This document shows, piece by piece, positions 11,362 through 21,590 of a DNA stretch of 64,000 nt. Origin of the DNA: Thecamonas trahens ATCC 50062 (taxonomy: Eukaryota; Protista; Apusomonadida). The stretch covers positions 62,001 to 126,000 of the forward strand of contig NW_013657626.1 of NCBI RefSeq assembly GCF_000142905.1. The letters run 5' to 3'. The translations under genes and the position numbers were made by a program. How positions within the stretch are numbered: the first letter of the stretch is position 1; every line of letters starts with the position of its first letter. The notes under the pieces were generated by a model. It had not been told where the DNA came from and made no database searches. It was given only the letters and a program-made list of their open reading frames with translations.

Positions 11362-12136
11362 CAATTATCAACTTGCCGCGCTACGTTGTCCGTGCAAGTG
11401 ATGAGCTAAATGGGCGTGTTCACCCGCTCCGCCACCCGCCCCCGCCGAATTCCGCTGCTGTTTTGTTGCCGCGGCAGTTGCGGGGGAATGTGTGCCACGC
11501 GCACGCGGCTTGTCGCGTATTTCCGAGACGAAGAAAAGACGACAAGAGGACTTTACCACTCGCTCAAGAGCGATATAGCCACAACAACGAGACCAAAGTT
11601 CAATTGCTGGATACTTCACGCCAAGATCTACATATTGATCTAGATGATGGCTATATATCTGCAGTGGATAAGGTGCCATTCGTCGCCAACGTGGTCTTGG
11701 ACAGCCCGCATATGCGGAAATGGAGATGATAATCCCGTGCGGCGAATTGTGAAGTCATCGACACGTCAGTCGCAGGACAAAACCCCGGCCATATCCGCAG
11801 CACCTCCCCCCACTGCCGGCGCACGCCACCATCACAAGCCACATTTGGGTTGCCTACCTCCACCCACGGCCACCTACATCCCTCAAACACTTGACGACAC
11901 GGCCTCAACGAGCAAGAAGAGACCAAGCGAGTCAGAGGCAGGCGACCAGGACACATCCGCATCGTCACATTGCCGCATCGTCACGACCTACCGCCGGCCG
12001 CAGCACCCAAACTCCGCACGTTTGGACTGACGGCATCGACGGCGTAGTCTGACCGAGTTGACGGTTTCAGAAGGTATTGTCCAAGACGCCGATCCGCATC
12101 GCCCCGGAGCAGGTGGTGGAGGAGGCCAAGCCGCGC

Positions 12137-14890
12137 ATGTCTGAGAGCACGAGCACTGGCCAGAGCACAAGCACGTACACGTACACGTACGCAGACGCAA
12201 GCAGCAGCAAGAGCAAGAACCGCGGCGAGAGCAGCACGAGCATGGCGGATACATCATCGCGGTACGCATCATCGGTGCCGGAGTCGCCGCGCGGAGTCAA
12301 GGACAAGAGCGTGGCGTGGGCGACGCGAACGGGACGGCAGACATGGATTCTGCTGAAGAAGAACTGGGCGGTGGCGCGGGTGTCGCGGCGATCGACGACG
12401 GTCCAGCTTGTGGTCCCAGTGCTCGCCATCCTTGCGCTCTTCATCCTCTCGTTTGCGTACAAGGAGAACCAGCAGTTTAACGATTCACAGCAGCCGCAGC
12501 GCTCGCCGTCGACCGAGTCCATCCGGCCCTACCCGCGGTGCATCTCGGGCCGGCTGAGTGTGGGACCATGCATCTCCATTGCGTGGGTGCTAGAGAACGC
12601 AGCGAGTCTCTCTGCCGGGGCGCGCGATCTTGTGGGTAGGGTCGTGGAACGGATCCGGGTCGACGCCGGCTTGCCGACCTCCGAAGTGCGGCAGTTTGGC
12701 TCGCGGAGCGAGCTCGATTCGTATCTCCTCTCGCACCCCAACTCGACGCAGGGCGGGTACGAGTTTGCGGTGCGCGAGCCTGCGGTGCCGTCCGGCGGGC
12801 GGGTTGTGGAGCACCTCAGCTACACGATCCAGTACAACAAGACGTCGACGTACTCGTTTGGTACCAAGGTCGACTCACAGGAGTACACGCTGCTTCCGAT
12901 GACGGCGGCGGTGGAGCGTGCGCTGCTGGCGGAGCTCGGCTCGCAGGTCTACACTGGATCGGCGAGCGTCAACGACGACATCGAATACTCACTCTCGCTC
13001 CTCGAGTTTGCGCGGCCGGAGGAGTTCCAGGCCGATCTCATTGCGCTTGCCGGGCCGACGTTTGTGTACGCGGCGCTGCTGTTCAACTTTGTGATTGTGC
13101 TCGGTGCTGTGGTGAGCGAGAAGGAGAAGCACCTGCGCGAAGCGATGCGGCTCATGGGCCTGCGCTCGCTGCCGTACTGGACCTCGTGGGCGGTGACGGC
13201 CTTTGTCTTTAACGTCATCTCGGTCTTCATCATCATCATCTCGGGCGCTATCTTCCAGTTCCGGTTCTTCCTCGAGAACGACTTTCGGACGTACTTTGTG
13301 CTCTTCCTCCTCTTTGCGGCGGCGATGGTGCCTGTGGCGCTTTTCCTCTCTGTGTTTGTGAGCAAGGCAGCGACAGCGACGTCGCTCGGGTTCATTGTCT
13401 TCCTCGTGGGCACCATGGCGCAGGTCTTCCAGCAGCTTGTGTACGGCGAGTCTGGCGAGGGCACGATCTACCCGATTCTTGCCTCGCTCGTCCCGCCGGT
13501 CCTTCTCTCCAAGGGCATGTTCGACATTGCGTCGTACACGGATCAGACCGATGACCGCGGCATGTCGTGGTCGCAGCGTGACTCGACCTCCAACTTTCCG
13601 CTCACCTCGGTGTACGAGTGGATGATCGCAGACGTGTTCATCTTCGCCATTCTGCTGTGGTACGCCGACACGATTGCGTCCAAGGGCGAGCGGTTCTACT
13701 TTCCGTTCTCGCCCTATTACTGGGGCCTGCTCTCGCGGCATGATGCGAGTGACGCTGGGGCGTCGCAGCCGTCGGACGAGGCGCTGGAGGCGCTCGGCGA
13801 GTCTGGCGCGGGCAAAACGCACGATGCCAACGTCCACGCGCAGCTTGCGGATGCCAAGGCATCGCGCGGCGCGTTTGCGGGCAACGACGGGCTCAAGGTC
13901 TACGGTCTCCGCAAGGAGTTTACCTCGCGCCAGTGGTGTGGGCTCCGCAAGTCTGTCTTTGTGGCGGTGCAGGAGCTGGTGCTCGGCGTGCCGGCGGACT
14001 CGCTCTTTGTGCTTCTGGGACATAACGGCGCGGGCAAGTCAACCTCATTCAACATGCTTCTCAACCTGTTTGGTCCGACTGCGGGCAATGCGTACGTGTT
14101 TGGCATGTCGATCAAGACCGAGATGGACCGGATCCGCGCGGTCATGGGCGTCTGCCCTCAGCACGACATCCTGTGGGACGAGCTGACGGCGCGCGAGCAC
14201 CTCGAGCTCTACGCGCGGCTGAAGGACATTCCGGGCGATGAAGTGTACAACGAGGTCGAGGCACGGCTGGCGGACGTCGGCCTGACCTCGGTGGGCGACG
14301 TGACGGCCGGGGCGTACTCGGGCGGAATGCGGCGGCGGCTCTCGACGGCCATCGCCTTTACCGCCGATCCGCGCATCGTCTTCCTCGACGAGCCGACGAC
14401 GGGCATGGACCCGGTGTCGCGGCGGCAGGTGTGGAACCTCATCCAGGCCAAGAAGGCCGGACGGGTCATTGTGCTCACCACGCACTCGATGGAGGAGGCC
14501 GACGTGCTCGGCGACAACATCGGAATCATGGCCGCCGGGCGGATCACCACCATCGGCACGGCGCGCTACCTCAAGTCGCAGTACGGCACCGGCTCCAAGA
14601 TCACTATCATCCCCAAGTCGGAGTCTGCGCGCGCTCGCATCGCAGACTTTGTCGCCGAGCGCCTCGACGGCATCCAACCTGACTCGCACGTCGGCGATCT
14701 TGACTATGTCATCCCGCTCGAGACCGTCGACAAGCTCGGCGAGTTCCTCACCGACTTTGCCGCCCGCAAGCGCAAGCTCGGTGCCGTCAATCTTGTCCTT
14801 GGCTCGGTCTCGCTCGAGGAGGTTTTCCTCCGCGTCGCCGAAGTTGACCACGAGTACGATGCCGGCTCGTCGTCGACCACTAGCGCGTGA
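12137..14890 (+). CDS. Half-size ABCA transporter (TMD-NBD), type with Walker A context LLGHNGAGKST
   Basis: EKEKHLREAMRLMGL, MGVCPQHDILWDELTAREHL, YSGGMRRRLS, LDEPTTGMDP, LTTHSMEEADVLGD, SLEEVFL. First ATG at 12137. Confidence 0.95.
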   Translation: MSESTSTGQSTSTYTYTYADASSSKSKNRGESSTSMADTSSRYASSVPESPRGVKDKSVAWATRTGRQTWILLKKNWAVARVSRRSTTVQLVVPVLAILALFILSFAYKENQQFNDSQQPQRSPSTESIRPYPRCISGRLSVGPCISIAWVLENAASLSAGARDLVGRVVERIRVDAGLPTSEVRQFGSRSELDSYLLSHPNSTQGGYEFAVREPAVPSGGRVVEHLSYTIQYNKTSTYSFGTKVDSQEYTLLPMTAAVERALLAELGSQVYTGSASVNDDIEYSLSLLEFARPEEFQADLIALAGPTFVYAALLFNFVIVLGAVVSEKEKHLREAMRLMGLRSLPYWTSWAVTAFVFNVISVFIIIISGAIFQFRFFLENDFRTYFVLFLLFAAAMVPVALFLSVFVSKAATATSLGFIVFLVGTMAQVFQQLVYGESGEGTIYPILASLVPPVLLSKGMFDIASYTDQTDDRGMSWSQRDSTSNFPLTSVYEWMIADVFIFAILLWYADTIASKGERFYFPFSPYYWGLLSRHDASDAGASQPSDEALEALGESGAGKTHDANVHAQLADAKASRGAFAGNDGLKVYGLRKEFTSRQWCGLRKSVFVAVQELVLGVPADSLFVLLGHNGAGKSTSFNMLLNLFGPTAGNAYVFGMSIKTEMDRIRAVMGVCPQHDILWDELTAREHLELYARLKDIPGDEVYNEVEARLADVGLTSVGDVTAGAYSGGMRRRLSTAIAFTADPRIVFLDEPTTGMDPVSRRQVWNLIQAKKAGRVIVLTTHSMEEADVLGDNIGIMAAGRITTIGTARYLKSQYGTGSKITIIPKSESARARIADFVAERLDGIQPDSHVGDLDYVIPLETVDKLGEFLTDFAARKRKLGAVNLVLGSVSLEEVFLRVAEVDHEYDAGSSSTTSA

Positions 14891-14947
14891 GTAGGATAAA
14901 AAAAGCCAATGATGGTTGATGTTCTGGCACACAATAGCTAGCCCGGT

Positions 14948-15062
14948 CGACCGCCCACCGACCGACCGCCCACCGACCGACCGCCCACCGACCGACCGCC
15001 CACCGACCGCCCACCGGCACCAAGCACCACGTGACGCACGGGGAGGCAGCCACCAGCACACA

Positions 15063-15106
<44 letters not shown>
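14948..15106 (+). repeat. 15-bp tandem repeat (CCGCCCACCGACCGA, ~4 copies) followed by a (CA)n microsatellite
   Basis: Visible at ~14948-15015 and ~15057-15106, intergenic. Confidence 0.85.
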
Positions 15107-15108
<2 letters not shown>

Positions 15109-15109
15109 C

Positions 15110-16272
15110 ATGGCGTCCGGTGGTGGCCCTCGTCTTCCCGGCGCCGCCACCCCGCCCGGACCTCGCCCGACCGGTGGCGCTAGCAGCGGCCGCGAACCTG
15201 CCGGCAATGACCAGAGCCACAGGACGCAGCCAGCTGACACAAGCAATGACGCAGGCGCAGAGACGGGCACAGGGGATGCTTCAATCGCCGGGGGATGCAG
15301 ACAAGTGGGGCTCCGCCATCAAGCGGCGGTCCGGCTGGCACAGCAGCGGGCGCTGGATCAGGCGCAGGCGCAGCTGATGCCTCAGTCGCCGCAGGAACGC
15401 AGGCAGGTGGGGCTGGATCAAGGACGGGATCGGTCGCTGCTGCTGGTGTGTCGTCGGCTAGGGGCGCACCGGTGGTGTCGGGTGCGAGTGCGTCGCTGCA
15501 GACGTCGGCGTTTGTGCCGCCAGCAGGCCGGGTGACCAACGTGCTTGCCGGGCGGCGGGTCGGCGGCTCGGGAGCTGGCGTGCTGCGACCGGTGGCTACA
15601 GGGCCATCGATTGATGGAGTGGTGGTGGCGCCGCTGATGGCGCCGCCGTCGCTGCGAGGCACGGTGCGAGTCTTGCCGGAGCCGAGCGTGCTGCCGGTTC
15701 TCAGCAACGCGTGGAGCGACGAGGGAACGTCGTCGAGTCCGGGCGGCAGCGTCCGCAGCGGGAGTGCCGGCCACGAGCGAACAGCAGCCCGGCAACCGCT
15801 GCCGCCCAAGCGGGTGGCCACGCCAGTCGACGTCGACCAGCTCATATGGGTGCCGGTCGACGATCTCACGGCTGGCGACGTGCCGGACGCCGATCTCATT
15901 CCATGGGTCGAGATGCACACCGTGACGGGTCGGGTCGTCCGCAAGCCGCGGGCGCAGGCGCCGCGCAAGGTCAGCATCAATGGTGAGGAGCTCGTCCTCA
16001 TCAAGTACTGCGGTGAGTGGTTTGCCATCGGCAACGTCTGTCCGCACAATGGCGCCGCGCTCGAGGCCGGCGACATCGAGGACCTCGAGGGTGAGCCCTC
16101 GCTTCGCTGCCCGCGCCACAAGTGGCGGTTCTCGCTCCGCTCCGGCCGCGGTCTCCTCCCCTCCTCGGCCCGCGACCTCTGCCTCGACCGCAAGCCTGTC
16201 CGCACCGATGCTTCTGGCCGCATCTACGTCGGCTTTGACTCGGTGAACGTGGTTTTCGACGACGACTTTTGA
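15110..16272 (+). CDS. Rieske [2Fe-2S] ferredoxin-domain protein (RFESD-like) with a long disordered N-terminus; frameshift at ~15290
   Basis: C-terminal CPHNG...CPRHKWRFSLRSG (CxH...CxxH). The ORF track starts at 15295; ATG 15110 joins it if one base is added at 15290-15294. Confidence 0.85.
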
Positions 16273-16450
16273 CGAGTTTCGGCCTTTTGCCTCTCTGCGC
16301 CAATGCTTCCGGCCGCACTTGCCAACACACGCCACACACGCAAGCTGCTGAAAAACAAAGGGTCTTCATTCACACAGGGTTGGTGACAGATTGGAAATAG
16401 CAGCGGGCGGTCGAGGCGCAGGAAAGCGGCTCGCCGCAAGATACAATAAC

Positions 16451-17873
16451 TTAATCGATCTCCTCGATGGTGGGCTCCGAGGCCGGAGCAGCGGCAGGGG
16501 GCGCGCCCGGGGCGGCGCCCGTCGGCATGCCGCCGGGCATGCCACCGGGCATGCCGCCAGGGGCACCGCCAGCAGCGCCGGCAGCCTGGGCGGCAGCCTG
16601 GATGATCGGGTTGGCAATGCCCTCGAGCTCCTTCTGCTGGTGCTCGAACTCCTCCTTCTCGGCCTCCTGGTTCTCGTCGAGCCAGGCGATGACCTCGTCA
16701 ATCTTGGCGTTGAGCGTGGTCTTGTCGGCCTCAGGGACGGAGAGCTTGTCGTCGCGGAGGGTGGAGCGGAGCGAGTACGCGTAGTTCTCGAGGCCGTTGC
16801 GGGCCTCGACCTTCTGGCGGACCTTCTCGTCGTCAGCCGCAAACTTCTCGGCCTCGGACACCATGCGCTCGATCTCCTCCTTGGAGAGACGGCCAGACTC
16901 GTTCTTGATCTGGATCTTGTTGATGTTGCCGGTCGACTTCTCCTGGGCCGACACGTTGAGGATGCCGTTGGCGTCAATGTCAAAGATGACCTCGATCTGC
17001 GGCTGGCCACGCGGCATCGGCGGGATGCCGGTCAGCTCGAACTTGCCGAGCAGGTTGTTGTCCTTGGTCCGCGCGCGCTCGCCCTCGAACACCTGGATGA
17101 GGACACCAGGCTGGTTGTCCGAGTACGTCGAGAACGTCTGGGTCTTCTTGGTCGGGATCGTCGTGTTGCGCGGGATGAGCTTGGTCATCACGCCACCGGC
17201 GGTCTCGAGGCCGAGCGAGAGCGGCGTGACGTCGAGGAGGAGCAGGTCCGACACCTTCGAGTCGGTCGAGCCCGAGAGAATGGCGGCCTGGACGGCGGCA
17301 CCGTAGGCAACGGCCTCATCCGGGTTGATCGACTTGCACGGCTCCTTGCCCGAGAAGAAGTCCGAAAGGAGCTTCTGGACGCGCGGGATGCGGGTCGAGC
17401 CACCGACAAGAACGATCTCGTGGATCTCCGACTTGGAGAGCTTCGAGTCGGTGATGGCGCGCTCGACGGGCTCGAGGCACTTGCGGAAGAGGTCCTGGTT
17501 GAGCTCCTCGAAGCGGGCACGGGTGATCGAGGTGTAGAAGTCGATGCCCTCAAAGAGCGAATCGATCTCGATCGACGCCTGCGTCGACGACGAGAGCGTG
17601 CGCTTCGCGCGCTCGCACGCCGTGCGGAGACGGCGCATGGCACGGACGTTGCCGGTGATGTCCTTCTTGTGCTTGCGCTTGAACTCACGCACAAAGTGGT
17701 CCACAAGGCGGTTGTCAAAGTCCTCACCGCCAAGGTGGGTGTCACCGGCAGTCGACTTGACCTCAAAGATGCCGTCCTCGATGGTGAGGACGGAAACGTC
17801 AAAGGTACCGCCACCAAGATCGAAGATGAGCACGTTCTTCTCCTCTCCCTTCTGGTCGAGGCCGTACGCGATC

Positions 17874-17904
<31 letters not shown>

Positions 17905-18801
17905 TGACGTTGAGCCCGGCAATGGTACCGGCGTCCTTGGTCGCCTGGCGCTGCGAGTCGTTAAAGTACGCAGGCACCGTGATGACGGCGTTGTTGACCT
18001 CCTCGCCGAGGTACGCCTTGGCGATGTCCTTCATCTTGGTCAGAACCATCGACGAGATCTGCTCCGGGGAGAACACCTTGGTCTCGCCCTGGAACTCGAC
18101 CTGGATCATCGGCTTGGTCTCCTGGTCGATGATCTTGAACGGCCAGTGCGCCATGTCCGACTGCACGTTCGGGTCCGAGAACGTGCGCCCGATGAGGCGC
18201 TTGGCGTCGAACACCGTGTTGCGCGGGTTCATCGCGGTCTGCAGCTTGGCAGCGTCACCGATGAGGCGCTCAGAGTCGGTGAACGCGACGTACGACGGGG
18301 TCGTGCGGTTACCCTGTGGTGTTTTGCGGTGAGTCTTGGTGGGTGGGTGGGTGGGGACATTTCCAACATCCAATCCCTCCACCCGCCCACCCGCCCGCCT
18401 CCATGGACAGCGTCCAGGGGAGGGGGCGGAGGGGGGAGGGGGCGGAGGGGGGGAAGGAGGGGAAGGAGGAAGTTGGTGCAAGGACTTGCGGCCATTGGGC
18501 AAGGTCCAGGGAATGGAGGCGGGGCCTTGCAGGCGTAGGCGGCGATGGAAGGCGGTGGCGCGTGGTCTTCAAAAATTGGAATGTCACACCTTCATGAAGG
18601 CCGGCGAGAGGTCGCCGAAGAAGAGAGAGTGGGAGGAAGCCGAGGGAGGAGGGTATGGGCAAGGCGGGGGAGGAGGGGGGAGGTGAGGCGTACCTGGTCG
18701 TTGGCGATGATCTCGACGCGCTCGTTGCGCCAGACACCGACGCACGAGTACGTGGTGCCAAGGTCAATGCCGACGGCAGCTCCGGTAACGTTAGCAGCCA
18801 T
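16451..18801 (-). CDS. HSP70: Cytosolic Hsp70; exons 18801-18694 and 18313-16451
   Basis: [12 protein letters not shown]...IIANDQ|[11 protein letters not shown] joined across the GTACGC..CAG intron 18693-18314. Also [30 protein letters not shown] repeats and C-terminal PTIEEID. Confidence 0.98.
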
Positions 18802-19037
18802 GTTTGTGTGGATGAAGAGGGGTGGTGACTGGCGAGTCGGGAAAGGTTGCGGAAGTGGACCGTCGGCTGTTGTGGACGGGCAGGCAGGGATTTTTGATGA
18901 CCTGGGGTATGACGTGGTCATGCGTGGTCGGAGGAGGAGGGGGGGGGGGGGGAACAGGCAGTTCGGAATCCATTGACTCCGTCGTCAGCTACATGCAGCA
19001 AGGGCCACGGCGCATATTGTGTCGCTTGGCACCCTGG

Positions 19038-19038
<1 letters not shown>

Positions 19039-19080
<42 letters not shown>
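19039..19080 (+). repeat. (GAT)14 microsatellite in the Hsp70/USP divergent intergenic region
   Basis: Perfect trinucleotide run. Confidence 0.9.
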
Positions 19081-19395
19081 CGTTGACGGCGGCAAGTGGC
19101 CGGCCGCTCGACGCGCAGTACATCGCCAACCCAAGCCTCACGCCAAACAGCTGACAAGCTTCCACCACACCGCTGCACCACTCTCCTCTTCCTCCCCCCT
19201 CCCCTCCCCCCCTCCCCTCCCCCCACCCACCCACCCACCTCAAAACGCGCAAAAACGTCCTGCGGCAATGCGCGTCAGCCGCCACCGCCCAAACTGACCC
19301 AATTGTTCCACACCACCTGCGACGGTGACGACAGGCACCACAGCCGGCACCCCGGCCACAGGCAGGCCACCCACCACCTCACCCTCCCACTCGGT

Positions 19396-21354
19396 ATGAG
19401 CGTGAGTGACCACGCAAGCGCGTTCACGCCCGGCGGCCACCTCGTGCGGCGGCACACGTGGGTGGTGGCGGTGACAGACAGCGACGACGCCCTGGTGGCG
19501 CTTGACTACGCGGCAGGGATGGTGAACCCTGCGCGCGACGCGCTTGTCCTCGTCTCGGTGGTCAAGAACAGGCCGACGTCCAAGGATGCGGCTCGGCGGC
19601 ACTACAACTTTTTGCACGCGCACGCCCTCGCCCTCACACACGTCATCGGCATATCGGCCAAGGTCTACGTCAAGCGCGGCAAGCCCGGCCCGGCCCTGGT
19701 CGACGTCGCCAAGCGGGTCGCCGCAGACGGCATCATCCTCGGCGCCCGCGGTGTCACTCGCCTCCGTCGCCTCGTTCTCGGCTCGGTCTCACACTACGTT
19801 GTCAGCAACGCGCCCTGCTCCGTCATCGTAGTCAAGAACGAGGGCAATGCCGACATTGCTCCCGTCGTGTCGGCCATTGCACCCGGCCTCGCTGCCGACG
19901 GCCCCGCTGCTGCCGCCGCTCGCCACCACCTCTTCTCCTCGTCAGCTTCATCATCGCCGGCAGGCGGCGAGAGCGAGGCCGAGACCGAAGACTCGCTCGG
20001 CTCGCTCCAGCACGCCCAGTCGTACCGCATCGCGGCCTCGTCGGGCTCCAACGCGTACTTGTGCGCGGTCGACAAGTCGCGGTACTCGCACGCCGCGTTC
20101 AACACGCTTGTCACCACCGTGGCCCGCGAGGGCGACTCGATCCACTGCTTCTACGTATACCAGCCGGAGACGAGGGTAGCGCGGGCGACAAAGATGTTCA
20201 AGGCGCGGCGCTCGCTACCGGCCGACAAAGCCGCCGCCCGCGCTGCTGAGCTTGTCGAGCGCAACCATGCGCTGGTGATCCAGCGGATGCAGACCTATGC
20301 CGGCATTGCCAAGGCGTACCACCTCAAGTTCTCGCACGAGCTGGTCCAGGACGAGCGCGACGTCCGCGACGTCATCTCTGACTTTGTGGCAGCGCATCCG
20401 AGCCACCCGCTGTTGGTCCTCGGCCACCGCGGGAGCGTCAAGGACTCGGTCGGCCTGCACTGTCTTACCCGGGCCCGCGTCAACGCTGTCCTTATTGTGC
20501 GCGAGAAAGACGTCGCCGAGGAGCTGCTCACGCCCGAGCAGCTCGCCTGGGTCCAGGCGCAGCGCGCCCTGAGGATCAAGCGGCTCAACGCCGCGCTCGA
20601 GGCCGAGAACGCTGCCGCTCGCGGCGACGACAAGCGCCACCGCCGCAAGCGCCGCCGCCGCAAGCTCCGCGGCAAGAAGGCCTCGCGCACCATCCGATTT
20701 CTCGAAGCCGAAGTCATCGAGTCGCGCCGCATCACCGCCTCTCCCAATGTGGCCGAGGAGGCCCTCGTCTCGCACGACGGCTCAGCCTCGAGCTCGTCAC
20801 CGCCACGGACCTCTCACTCGCGCTCGCGCTCGCCGCCGCCCCCGCGCCGCCACGGCTCAGGCTCGGGCTCGGGCTCGGGCTCGGGTTCGGGCTCGGGTTC
20901 GGTCTCAAACTCGGTCTCGAGCTCAGTCTCGAGCTCGTCGTTCCCCTCGTGGACGACCGAGGAGTGCGTCGAGCTGTTCCACTCGTCCGACCTGGTCTCG
21001 TCGTCGAATCCTGTGACGCCACGCGAGATCGACGCCGCTACCGCGCCGTCGTCGGACGCCATGCCGCTCGCCACCACCGGCGCCCTTGATCGCTCCGGCT
21101 CGATCACCGGCTCAGGCTCGGGCTCGGGCTCGGGCTCGGGCACGAGCTGGACGGGCTCGTTCTCGGGCTCGGACGCCGAGCCTGTGGGAGACCCCGGGTT
21201 TGATGACTACCTCTCCGGCATGGGCCTCATCAGCGGCAGCAAGCCACAGCGCGAGACCGTGGAGATCTGCACCCCGAGTGGAGGCATTGCAGGCGCAACG
21301 AGCGTTGACGAGGCCATGGCATTTCCCTCGGTTGTTGTCCGGCATCACAAGTAG
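19396..21354 (+). CDS. Protein with two universal stress protein (USP) domains, a basic coiled segment and a Ser/Gly-rich tail
   Basis: WVVAVTDSDDA...GKPGPALV...IILGARG..RLVLGSVSHYVVSNAPCSVIVVK; second unit YLCAVDKSRYS...LLVLGHRG..SVGLHCL..AVLIVR. Confidence 0.85.
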   Translation: MSVSDHASAFTPGGHLVRRHTWVVAVTDSDDALVALDYAAGMVNPARDALVLVSVVKNRPTSKDAARRHYNFLHAHALALTHVIGISAKVYVKRGKPGPALVDVAKRVAADGIILGARGVTRLRRLVLGSVSHYVVSNAPCSVIVVKNEGNADIAPVVSAIAPGLAADGPAAAAARHHLFSSSASSSPAGGESEAETEDSLGSLQHAQSYRIAASSGSNAYLCAVDKSRYSHAAFNTLVTTVAREGDSIHCFYVYQPETRVARATKMFKARRSLPADKAAARAAELVERNHALVIQRMQTYAGIAKAYHLKFSHELVQDERDVRDVISDFVAAHPSHPLLVLGHRGSVKDSVGLHCLTRARVNAVLIVREKDVAEELLTPEQLAWVQAQRALRIKRLNAALEAENAAARGDDKRHRRKRRRRKLRGKKASRTIRFLEAEVIESRRITASPNVAEEALVSHDGSASSSSPPRTSHSRSRSPPPPRRHGSGSGSGSGSGSGSGSVSNSVSSSVSSSSFPSWTTEECVELFHSSDLVSSSNPVTPREIDAATAPSSDAMPLATTGALDRSGSITGSGSGSGSGSGTSWTGSFSGSDAEPVGDPGFDDYLSGMGLISGSKPQRETVEICTPSGGIAGATSVDEAMAFPSVVVRHHK

Positions 21355-21590
21355 GTGTCGCACGTGACGTCGTTGGGTATTGAGGCAAACACAGGACGCT
21401 ACACACACACACACACACACACATAGAGTGGGTAGGATTGGCCTCTCGAAACCTTTGTTGTTCGTTCCGCCGCGCTCTGGGAAAGGGGAAAAGCCCCAGA
21501 GCACACACGTAGTTGGGGGATGAATAGGATGGGATGGGATGGGATGGGGGGGGTGAAGTGCGATGAAACCATACAGTACGACGGCAGAGC

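Noticed and set aside
16391-18538. 715-aa ORF antisense to Hsp70
   Set aside because: Long antisense frames are a known by-product of GC-biased codon usage in hsp70 genes, and there are no independent motifs.
18802-19395. Heat-shock elements in the Hsp70 promoter; poly-His/Met ORFs
   Set aside because: No correctly spaced nGAAnnTTCn array was found. The ORFs derive from the (GAT)14 microsatellite.
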